DNA of 64,000 nucleotides from positions 1,920,001 to 1,984,000 of the forward strand of contig CAXXUK010000001.1 in assembly GCA_963665125.2 (NCBI GenBank), in the 5' to 3' direction. The translations under genes and the position numbers were made by a program. This document shows positions 37,475 through 46,900 of this stretch, in pieces (the stretch's first letter is position 1; each line of letters opens with the position of its first letter). The notes under the pieces were generated by a model. It searched no databases, was not told where the DNA came from, and saw only the letters and a program-made list of their open reading frames with translations. The DNA is from an uncultured Desulfarculus sp. (GTDB lineage: Bacteria > Desulfobacterota > Desulfarculia > Desulfarculales > Desulfarculaceae).

Positions 37475-38341
37475 ATGTACCTACAATTTGTCAAGGCCTT
37501 GGCCGAAAACGCCGTAAAGGCGTTTAGAGAGATGACCGGCACCGGTGTTATCGGGGTCGATCTCAAATTGCAGACCAGTGAGTCCTTGGACTTGCCCATC
37601 GCCCAGGTAATTCAATACGAAGGAAAAGACGCCCCGCTGGCCGGAGTCTTCGTGTTGGGCTTTGACTCCACCGCCGCCGCCAAAGGCGTCGCGGGCGCCC
37701 TGGCCGCCAAACTCGGACTTCCAAAGCCGGAAACCCTTGATGAAGACGCCATCGACATGTTGGGCGAATTCATGAACGTCGTCGTCGGCCGGACCATTTC
37801 CGACTGGGACAGCGAAGGGATGCCCGTGGTTTTCGGTCCGCCGGGCAACCTGCAACAGGCCACTGTCACCAACCAGGATGGTTATAAAAACGAAAGTTAC
37901 TTGCTATCTCTCAGGCTGGCCCTTAGCCAGCTAACATTTAGTGTCACGTTCTGCTATGCTTCGGAAGACTCGCCGTCCGCCGGCAAAAAAATCCTGGTGG
38001 TCGACGACTCGCGTACCATCCGCAAAGTCTTGGCCTCGATATTGGAAAAAGCAGGTTTTACGGTTGAACAGGCCGAGGACGGCCTTGCGGCAATAGACAA
38101 ATTCAAAACCTCGCAGCCGGACCTGGTGATCATGGACTTGGTCATGCCGCAGTTAGGCGGCTTGGAAGCCATAATGAGAATTCTGGAAATCTCCCCCAGG
38201 GCCAAACTCATCGTACTCAGTTCCTCCGACCGCACCGATGAAGTGGTTACGGCAAAGACCCTGGGAGTGTTAGACTACCTAATAAAGCCCGTTAACGAAG
38301 AGCGTCTGCTGAAAACAGTCGCGTCGGCTTTGAACAAGTAG
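37475..38341 (+). CDS. CheX/CheC-like phosphatase domain fused to a receiver domain
   Basis: DMLGEFMNVVVG (ExxN) in the N-terminal half; C-terminal REC with VVDDS, DLVMP and KP. Confidence 0.82.
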   Translation: MYLQFVKALAENAVKAFREMTGTGVIGVDLKLQTSESLDLPIAQVIQYEGKDAPLAGVFVLGFDSTAAAKGVAGALAAKLGLPKPETLDEDAIDMLGEFMNVVVGRTISDWDSEGMPVVFGPPGNLQQATVTNQDGYKNESYLLSLRLALSQLTFSVTFCYASEDSPSAGKKILVVDDSRTIRKVLASILEKAGFTVEQAEDGLAAIDKFKTSQPDLVIMDLVMPQLGGLEAIMRILEISPRAKLIVLSSSDRTDEVVTAKTLGVLDYLIKPVNEERLLKTVASALNK

Positions 38342-38395
38342 CTATTTTTAGCTAGTCAAAAGCATAACTTACATCAAAGAGTCTATTATAAAAAA

Positions 38396-39529
38396 ATGAA
38401 GCCCCCCATTTCGACAACACCACTCACGCCAAGCAAGTCGACAATCGAAGCGACTGCGAACAATTCGGGAAACACTTTGCTGGCCCAGGTCAAGCACTCC
38501 TATCTTACGTTTCTATCTGAAATGGACTACGACCTCGAGGATGGTTTTCAGAGCAAGTTGGCGGAGGTGACCTTAAAGGTTGAGAATGCCGAGACGGACC
38601 AGGACTTGATTGAACTGAGCGTAGAGCTCAAAAACCTCATAGCTATTTTTGCCAGGCTGGCTTTCGGAATGAGGTCCGAGGCCACGCAACTGGTCAACGA
38701 GATATTTGAAGGCTTGGCCAAGGTCGAAACAAGGCTTCAGACATCGGCTTCCCACATACGGCAAATTCATAATGCCGGCCGCAACTTATCCGAGTCCGTG
38801 TCCGAAAACATCGTAAAGATGAGCCAACAGGTGGATGCCATAAACGACATCAGCCAGTTAAAGGACTTGGTTGCTGAAAAGCTTCTGCAGTTCCAAAGTT
38901 CGGTAAACCAGTACCACCTTGACGAGCAAAAACACATCAAGGCTATCACCAGCGAACTCGACTCCCTGCGAAAAGAGTTCAAGTCGGCCAACGAAACCCT
39001 GAACCAACTGAAAAGCGAAAAAGAAAAATTGGCCCGTAAGGCCAGAACCGATTCGTTGACCGGCGCATTCAACAGGTTGGCCTTGGAAGAACGTCTGCAG
39101 GAGGAAATGAACCGGTATCAACGTTACCACACGGGTTTCAGCATCCTCATGTTGGATCTGGACCACTTCAAGAGGGTCAACGACAACTTTGGCCATCAAA
39201 TAGGCGACCGGTGCCTGGTTGAGATTGTCGCCAAAATCAAATCAAAAGTCCGAAACGTGGACTTCGTGGCCAGGTACGGTGGTGAGGAGTTCGTGGTGAT
39301 CACTCCCGAAACAGATGTGGGGGGGGCGCTGGTCATTGCCGAAAAGCTGCGTATATCCGTTGAAAATACTGATTTCATGGTGCGGGGTGGCAAAGTCCCG
39401 CTTACCGTCTCCGTGGGAGTGAGCGAAGTAAAAAGCGACGACCAGACCGCCCAGGACGTCATTGCCCGGGCGGATCAAGCTTTATACGACGCAAAGGCGG
39501 CCGGCAGAAATCAAGTCTTGGCCTGCTGA
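38396..39529 (+). CDS. diguanylate cyclase
   Basis: Helical/coiled-coil N-terminus, DSLTG, DLDHFK, RNVD I-site, GGEEF. Confidence 0.94.
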   Translation: MKPPISTTPLTPSKSTIEATANNSGNTLLAQVKHSYLTFLSEMDYDLEDGFQSKLAEVTLKVENAETDQDLIELSVELKNLIAIFARLAFGMRSEATQLVNEIFEGLAKVETRLQTSASHIRQIHNAGRNLSESVSENIVKMSQQVDAINDISQLKDLVAEKLLQFQSSVNQYHLDEQKHIKAITSELDSLRKEFKSANETLNQLKSEKEKLARKARTDSLTGAFNRLALEERLQEEMNRYQRYHTGFSILMLDLDHFKRVNDNFGHQIGDRCLVEIVAKIKSKVRNVDFVARYGGEEFVVITPETDVGGALVIAEKLRISVENTDFMVRGGKVPLTVSVGVSEVKSDDQTAQDVIARADQALYDAKAAGRNQVLAC

Positions 39530-39722
39530 CAAACTATCCGCCACCAAATTTTTCCTGAAAACGGTTGAACGTTGTTCTTGGTTAAAAAATGTTGTATTAA
39601 GATTGGCAAATACTCGAGCATCAACTGGTCATTACTATTGAAATCTGATCCGGTACTAAGCATAAACGACCTGAATACCTGTTTGGTGCTGATCCAATAA
39701 GGCTCTACCAGAGGCCCGGCTT

Positions 39723-41276
39723 ATGCAACATCTTGTTGATGGCATCAGCGTCGTTCTGATCGGAAAACAGTCCTCGGTTATTCCCACCATCGCCGAAATG
39801 CTTCAGCAGTTCGGCTATAACATCGTTGGCGTGATCAATAATGGAAGCGCAGATCCGGCAAAGGTTTTGGGCCTTGAGCCAAAGGTTGTTGTCGTCGACG
39901 CTTCGGACACGCAACGGGACTTCGCCCTTTATCTGGCGTCAACGCTATACCGTCAACACGGCATACCATCGCTCATAACAACTTCGATTCATGACGAGGC
40001 CACGCTCAAAGCCGTTCTGGACAATAACGGAGTATCTTATTGGGCCTGGCCGGCGGATGGCCATGCGCTGCACACCGCCTTGCAGACCTGCCTCAAACAC
40101 AATGCCGTCGAACCGACATTGGGCGAAAAGGAGCAACTCTACCGGACGACTTTCGAAGACTCTCCCATCGGTATAGCCATCGTCCGCCTGAAAGACTTTC
40201 AACTCGTAAAGACCAATAAATCATACAGAAAATTGTTGGGATACAGCGAAGAAGAACTCAAGGGGCTTGGCATTGCCGATTTTACCCATCCCGATGATCT
40301 CGAGGAAAATTTGCGTTTGCAACGCCTTCTGGGCAGTGGGGCGATCAATTATTATTCCATGGACAAGCGTTTCATCCGCAAGGATCAAACCATTGCCCAC
40401 GGCCACCTCGTTGCGTCGATCATCCGCGAGGAAAAAGGCAAACCCAGCTATTTCCTGGGACAGGTAATCGACATATCGGAACGCATCGCCATTGAGGCGC
40501 AGCGGCAGGAGTTGGAAAACCAACTGCGCCAGTCCCAAAAAATGGAAGCCCTGGGTACGTTGGCCGGCGGCATCGCCCATGATTTCAACAACATCCTAGG
40601 CGCCATAGTGGGTTACACCGAGTTGGCCATGGGCGAGATCGCCGTCGGAGCACCGGTCATGGATGACCTGCAGCAGGTGCTGGCTGCGGCTGATAGGGCC
40701 AAGACCCTGGTCAGGCAAATAATTTCGTTCAGCCAAAACACCAAGCCGAACCTCCGCCCCCTGGACATCCAACAAGTCATTGAATATACAGTTATAATGC
40801 TTCAACAAACCATGCCAAAGTCCATCTCCATAACTAACCGGATTGTTGACCGAATACCCCTGATCGTCGGCGACACCGATCACCTGCGGCAAATCTTAAT
40901 CAACTTGAGCAACAATGCCGTCGAGGCCATGCCCGACGGGGGCACCTTGTCTTTGGTGACCAGTCTTGTCGATGTACCGGGCGCTCTTTGCCATGCCTGC
41001 GGCAAACCGTTTTCCGGAAAGTACGTCAAACTGACGGTAAAAGACACGGGCCGGGGCATGGACACCGTCACAATGGGCCATATTTTCGAGCCGTTTTTCA
41101 CGACCAAGGAAGTGGGCCAGGGTTCCGGGTTGGGGCTGGCGGCCGTTTTTGGTCTCCTAAACAGCTTTGGCGGCCATATTGTCTGCACGAGTTCGGCGGG
41201 ACACGGCTCCACGTTTGAGTTGTTCTTTCCCACCATAATTGAAACCGGCGATGAAGGGCCAACCAACGCCGTTTAG
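39723..41276 (+). CDS. cytoplasmic PAS histidine kinase with degenerate N-terminal receiver
   Basis: THPDD PAS/PAC, AHDFNNIL H-box, NAVEAM, DTGRG, FFTTK, GSGLGL. Confidence 0.9.
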   Translation: MQHLVDGISVVLIGKQSSVIPTIAEMLQQFGYNIVGVINNGSADPAKVLGLEPKVVVVDASDTQRDFALYLASTLYRQHGIPSLITTSIHDEATLKAVLDNNGVSYWAWPADGHALHTALQTCLKHNAVEPTLGEKEQLYRTTFEDSPIGIAIVRLKDFQLVKTNKSYRKLLGYSEEELKGLGIADFTHPDDLEENLRLQRLLGSGAINYYSMDKRFIRKDQTIAHGHLVASIIREEKGKPSYFLGQVIDISERIAIEAQRQELENQLRQSQKMEALGTLAGGIAHDFNNILGAIVGYTELAMGEIAVGAPVMDDLQQVLAAADRAKTLVRQIISFSQNTKPNLRPLDIQQVIEYTVIMLQQTMPKSISITNRIVDRIPLIVGDTDHLRQILINLSNNAVEAMPDGGTLSLVTSLVDVPGALCHACGKPFSGKYVKLTVKDTGRGMDTVTMGHIFEPFFTTKEVGQGSGLGLAAVFGLLNSFGGHIVCTSSAGHGSTFELFFPTIIETGDEGPTNAV

Positions 41277-41413
41277 CAGCCACGTCGAACCGGCGCATCA
41301 CCAATTCCCCTTTCAGAGACACAATGCGGCCAAACCCTTCCAATTCACTGTAAGCAACCGTTTATTTTATCGCTTTAGCCGCCATTATCGGACGCAAGTT
41401 ATTTCTTGGTGTC

Positions 41414-41437
41414 TATATGTCATTTGTGACATATAAT
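41414..41437. promoter_or_regulatory. operator palindrome overlapping a TATAAT box upstream of the ALDH gene
   Basis: TATATGTCA-TTTG-TGACATATA; TATAAT at 41432-41437. Confidence 0.6.
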
Positions 41438-41532
41438 ATGCAGCCAATAGCGGCCAGTCCCGCCCTTCACCGATGCCTATCACCGTTGCCGCCAAAACCA
41501 AAACTTTCTTGCAGGGAAAGGTAGGCGCCGAA

Positions 41533-42951
41533 ATGGGAACAATTGAAGCAATGGAGCAGACATTGGCGGCACAAAGGGCGGCATTCACGGCAAATCCGAT
41601 GCCCCCGGCACAGGACCGCATTACCAAACTAAAGCTGCTGCGCGAAAGGCTCAAAGCCCACCAGGATGAAATCGTAACGGCGCTGAGCGCCGATTTCGGC
41701 CACCGCAGCAGATACGACACCATCCTGGCCGATATTCTGCCGGTGTTGAATAATCTGAAATACTGCGCCCATCATGTCAAAGGCTGGATGCGGCTTAAAA
41801 GTCGCAAGCCCGGAATGCTGTTGATGCCGGCCAAGGTCAAAGTGATGTATCAGCCTTTGGGCGTATTGGGAATCATCGTCCCCTGGAATTTCCCGGTAAT
41901 GCTCTCCCTGGGGCCTTTGGCCTTCGCGTTGGCGGCCGGCAACCGGGCCATGATCAAGATGAGCGAGTTCACGCCCAACATCAACAAGGTCGTGGACAAA
42001 ATAGTATCCGAGGTTTTTCCGTCCGACGAAGTCGCCGTTTTCGAAGGCGCGATTGAGGAATCCCAGGCCTTCAGCAGGCTGCCGTTCGATCATCTGCTTT
42101 TTACCGGCTCCACGGCCGTGGGACGCCATGTCATGGCCGCCGCCTCGGAAAACCTGACCCCGGTGACCCTGGAATTGGGCGGCAAGTCCCCAGTGATCAT
42201 CGACCAAAAGATTCCCCTTGATATGGCCGTGGAGCGCATGATCCTGGGCAAGTGCCTCAATTCGGGTCAGATATGCATTGCCCCTGACTATGTATTGCTG
42301 CCCGGGGAACGCATGGATGACTTCATTCAGTCTTTTCGCAACGGCTTTACCCGAAGATACTGCCAAAACGGCAACGGCAAATCAGATTACGGCTGCGTAA
42401 TCAATCAGCATCATTTCGACCGGATAAACAGCCTGCTCGATGACGCCAAGGCCAAGGGCGCCACGGTCATCGATACCGATCAAAACCAAACCGTCAATGA
42501 CAGCGCCAACCGCAAAATGGCTCCGCAGTTGGTCGTGGGCGCGACCAGGGAGATGCGTCTGCTCCAGGAAGAAATATTCGGCCCGGTTTTGCCGCTGGTG
42601 CCCTATAACGGCCTGCAAGAGGCCATAGAGCACGTCAACAGCGGGCCCAGACCCCTAGCCCTGTACATCATGAGCCTGGACACCCAGGTGCAGAAACAGA
42701 TTCTGGAAAAAACACATTCCGGCGGAGTCTGCATCAATGACTCCATCATGCATGTGACGGCCGACGATGCCCCGTTCGGAGGCATAGGCTCATCCGGAAT
42801 GGGGCGGTATCACGGCCGGGAGGGTTTCGAGACATTCTCCCACGCCCGGACGATCCTCAGCCGGGGCGCCAAACTAAACACGGGGAAAATGGTCCATCCT
42901 CCATACGGGGGGGTGGCAATGCGCATGATGCTCAAGGTATTCATGCGTTAA
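41533..42951 (+). CDS. coniferyl aldehyde dehydrogenase-like (class 3) aldehyde dehydrogenase
   Basis: PWNFP, FTGST, LELGGKSP, GQICIAPDY, EEIFGP. Confidence 0.92.
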   Translation: MGTIEAMEQTLAAQRAAFTANPMPPAQDRITKLKLLRERLKAHQDEIVTALSADFGHRSRYDTILADILPVLNNLKYCAHHVKGWMRLKSRKPGMLLMPAKVKVMYQPLGVLGIIVPWNFPVMLSLGPLAFALAAGNRAMIKMSEFTPNINKVVDKIVSEVFPSDEVAVFEGAIEESQAFSRLPFDHLLFTGSTAVGRHVMAAASENLTPVTLELGGKSPVIIDQKIPLDMAVERMILGKCLNSGQICIAPDYVLLPGERMDDFIQSFRNGFTRRYCQNGNGKSDYGCVINQHHFDRINSLLDDAKAKGATVIDTDQNQTVNDSANRKMAPQLVVGATREMRLLQEEIFGPVLPLVPYNGLQEAIEHVNSGPRPLALYIMSLDTQVQKQILEKTHSGGVCINDSIMHVTADDAPFGGIGSSGMGRYHGREGFETFSHARTILSRGAKLNTGKMVHPPYGGVAMRMMLKVFMR

Positions 42952-42957
42952 AGGGGG

Positions 42958-42994
42958 GATCCCCCGGTGGGGCAAACACTCCACCGGGGGAATC
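42958..42994. terminator. hairpin between convergent genes
   Basis: CCCCCGGTGG/CCACCGGGGG stem. Confidence 0.6.
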
Positions 42995-43014
42995 TCAATG
43001 CTGGTTGATCAGGA

Positions 43015-43899
43015 TCATTTGGCTTGATCGACAAGGTCCTGTCTGGTGCTCAGGAATGCCGCAACAACCCGGGCGAAGTCTTCCGGGTTCTGGTATTGCA
43101 GGAAATGGCTCCCGCCCTTGAACCTGGCCATCCAGGCGCCAGGGATAAGCCCGGCCATCTGCACGCTCTGGGACGGCGGAGTTATCTCGTCCTGTTCGCC
43201 CACCACCATCAAAACCGGAATATCCAGTTTGGCCAGGCGGTCTTTGGTGCCCGGCCATTGCAGGCACGCCTCTTGCTGCCGGGCCGCCGTGGCCGCGCTG
43301 GGCGGGATGGACGATCTGGGCATGCGCTGGAGGATGTCGGGGTTTTGTTTGAACCACTGGGCCGGGAAATACCTCTCTGCCGGGGGCCGGGCCTGGATCT
43401 CGGCCACGTGGGCCAGGGCTTTTTGGGCCTCATCGTTGGTGCACGCCGAGGCGTACAACACCAGCTTGGCGGCCTTGCCGGAGTGATTCAGGGCCACCTC
43501 CTGGGCGATCATGCTGCCCATGGACCAACCCATAACCGCCGCGTCGGCCACGCCCACGGCGTCCAAAAGCCCGGCGGCGTCATCGGCCATCAGCCTTATC
43601 GTGAGTGCGTCATCGTTGATGGTCGAGTAACCCATGCCCCTGTTGTCAAAGACAATGACCTTGAAATTTTCAGCCAGTTTTTCGACCAGCACATGGTCCC
43701 AGCTATCCATGGTCGCGCCGTAACCGGTTATCAACAACAGCGGCGGACCCGAGCCGATGACCCGGTAGCCCAACTTGACGCCGTTGACTCTGGCGTATTG
43801 CGTGGCTGGGGCAGCCGCCTGGTCCCGGGCCGGGATTTCGGCCGCCGCCGCCAAGACCATGACCAGGGCAATGATGAAATAAAACAAGCGTTTAAGCAT
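43015..43899 (-). CDS. exported alpha/beta hydrolase
   Basis: Signal peptide; DNRGMG, GWSMG nucleophile, GEQD, GGSH. Confidence 0.9.
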   Translation of the reverse strand: MLKRLFYFIIALVMVLAAAAEIPARDQAAAPATQYARVNGVKLGYRVIGSGPPLLLITGYGATMDSWDHVLVEKLAENFKVIVFDNRGMGYSTINDDALTIRLMADDAAGLLDAVGVADAAVMGWSMGSMIAQEVALNHSGKAAKLVLYASACTNDEAQKALAHVAEIQARPPAERYFPAQWFKQNPDILQRMPRSSIPPSAATAARQQEACLQWPGTKDRLAKLDIPVLMVVGEQDEITPPSQSVQMAGLIPGAWMARFKGGSHFLQYQNPEDFARVVAAFLSTRQDLVDQAK

Positions 43900-43950
43900 T
43901 ATGGTGCCTCCGGTTGATTCGATGACGGCGCAACAGCCGGATCAGACGGG

Positions 43951-46900
43951 CTAGAACCGCCAGTCGATGCCAGCCGTTAGGGTATGGCCGTTGAAGTTGT
44001 CAGCGTAAAAATAACCATAATCCACGAAAGCGCTCAAGCGCCCGTTCATGGTTGCGCTCAGGCCCAGATTGGCAGCGATCCCGTCGGCATATGGATCAAG
44101 ACCGTTGAGACTCATGGGCGAAGCATTGCCATAGTCGCGGAAGGTTGCCGAGATGACCCTGGCGTCGTCGCTGAAGTTGTGCAACCACATCAGCGAGGCC
44201 TTGGGTAGCAGGTTTACCGAACCGGCCTGCCACAGTCCGGCCAAACGCAGGCCCACGGAGCTGTTCCAGCCGTTTTGGTCCAGATCAGCTACATTGAGGC
44301 TTAGACCGCCCGCGCCGTTTTCCAGGAAGCTGTCCTGTTGATAATCGCTGTAGGCCAGCCAAAGCACCGGTCCCCAGACTATTGCGCCGCTGCGCAGGTC
44401 GTAACCGCCGCCCAGTCGAGCCATCCACAGGCTGGAGTCGAAATCCGCCTTGGCCGTTGCGTTGACGTCCTCGAAATTGATGCCGCGTTTGGCGTCGTTG
44501 TTATACGAGGCATAGCTGGCGGCGACGTCGGCGTACCAGCAACCCCACCTGGCCGTGGCATAGGCTCCGTAATGCATGCCGGTCTGGTCGCCGGAATGGC
44601 AACCGGCATCCCAGCCGATGCTCGTGCTGCTGTAGCCCAGCCCGAGACCCGCAGTCAGCCAGGGCATGATCTCGCCGTCCGCGCCAAAGACCCCGCCGCC
44701 TGTGCTAGTGTCGTAGCCTATCTTGCCTCCGCTGCCCGAGGCGTCGGACCAATTACCCACGGCCCGGGCCCAGACCCGCCAATCCCTGAAGCCAGCGCCG
44801 CCTGCCAACATTCCCGCGGCTTGATGCTCGTCGCCCATGGCCAATAGCGGCCCCTCGGCCCTTTCCGGCCCGGCCAGCCCCAGGGCCCGCCTCAGGCGCA
44901 GATCGTCGGCCCGGTCGAGCAGGGCCTGGTCAAACATGCCCGCGGCGCTGTGGCCGGAACCGCCGAATGCGTCGTAGATCACCGGGGCCATGGCCCCCAT
45001 GGCCTGTCGGATCTGGCCAAGGTCGTAGTCAAAATCCATCTTCACGATCAAGTTGGCCAGATCGTCGGTATTGCCTGCGGCCAGCGGCACCACGGCGTCC
45101 AGGGCCCGGCCCACGGCGCGCTGTGTTTCATTGTCGGCCAATTGTTCATATGGCGTTCGGGCCAGCACCAATTCGATGGCCGTGCCGCTGTTGCGGGCGC
45201 CCAGACTAAGAACGGCGGTGTTAAAGCCTCCGGTAACCGTGTCGAAATTGCCGTAGATACCATTGCCGGCCGTAATTACCGTCCAACTCATATTGCCGGT
45301 GTACAGACCTATGGGCAGATAAGTGGCCAAGGTGCCGCCGTTGATCATTGCCGAGTCGGTGATGATCTGGTCGGATTGGCCGTCTGCCGTGATTTCACAG
45401 TAATAAGTGGCCCCGGATTGGTGGATGTAGGCCCCGGTGATTTGCAGGGTGCCGATGGAGTTGCCCGGAGCGATGCCGCCGGTGTTGCTTACATTGCCGT
45501 TTATGGTCCCACTGCCGCCGACCACGCCGCCGCCGCTAACCGCCACGGTGGGGCTGGTCAGGCTGCCGTTGACGACGAGCACACCGCTAACATCGGTGGA
45601 TCCGCTATTGACCGAACCGGTGATGGCCGTGCGGCCGCTGACACCCAGAGAGCCGGTTGACAACGAACCGCTGACGTTCATATTGCCGGCAACCGTAGTG
45701 GCTCCATTGACGGCTGCGTTGCCACCGAGGTTGGCCGATCCGCCGGAGGCGACATTCAGGGAACCGGAGGTCAGTGCCCCGCCGTTGCCAAGAATAAGAG
45801 AGCCGTAGACAACGGCGCCGTCCGCCACACTCACATCTCCGTTGATCCTGGCCGAACCGCTGACGTTCAGCGAGGCCGTGTCAAGACTGCCGCCGGTACC
45901 CACGCTGGCGCTGCCGCTGACCACCGTGGCCCCGGTCACATTGGCGTCGCCGTTTAATGCGGCCGAACCGCTGACATTGAGCGAGGCCGTGTCAAGGCTG
46001 CCGCCGGTACCCACGCTGGCGCTGCCGCTGACCACCGTGGCCCCGGTCACATTGGCGTCGCCGTTTAATGCGGCCGAACCGCTGACATTGAGCGAGGCCG
46101 TGTCAAGGCTGCCGCCGGTACCCACGCTGGCGCTGCCGCTGACCACCGTGGCCCCGGTCACATTGGCGTCGCCGTTTAATGCGGCCGAACCGCTGACGGT
46201 GAGCGAGGCCGTGTCAAGACTGCCGCCGGTACCCACGCTGGCACTGCCGCTGACCACCGTGGCCCCGGTCACATTGGCGTCGCCGTTTAATGCGGCCGAA
46301 CCGCTGACGGTGAGCGAGGCCGTGTCAAGACTGCCGCCGGTACCCACGCTGGCACTGCCGCTGACCACCGTGGCCCCGGTCGCATTGGCCGTGCCCGATA
46401 TATCAGCCGAACCGCTGACATTCAGCGAGGCCGTGTCAAGACTGCCGCCGGTACCCACGCTGGCACTGCCGCTGACCACCGTGGCCCCGGTCACATTGGC
46501 CGTGCCCGATATATCAGCCGAACCGCTGACATTCAGCGAGGCCGTGTCAAGACTGCCGCCGCTGCCCACGCTGGCGCTGCCGCTGACCACCGTGGCCCCG
46601 GTCACGTTGGCGTCGCCCGAGATATCAGCCGAACCACTGACATCCAGCGAGGCGGTATTGAACTGCCCCCCGCTGTCGAGGTTCAGGGTTCCGGCCACAT
46701 CGCTGTCGCCGGAGACATCCACTCTGCCGCTGATATTGGCGGTGTTGCCATTGCTGACGGTCATGGTCCCGGTGGCCAGAGTGCCGCCGCTATTGACGTT
46801 CAAGGTGCCGTCGACGCTGGTCTCGCCGCTTACTGTAACCGCGCCGTTGATGTTGAGGCTGTTGGCCGAGTTGACATCAAGGGAATCGGCCAGGAATGAG

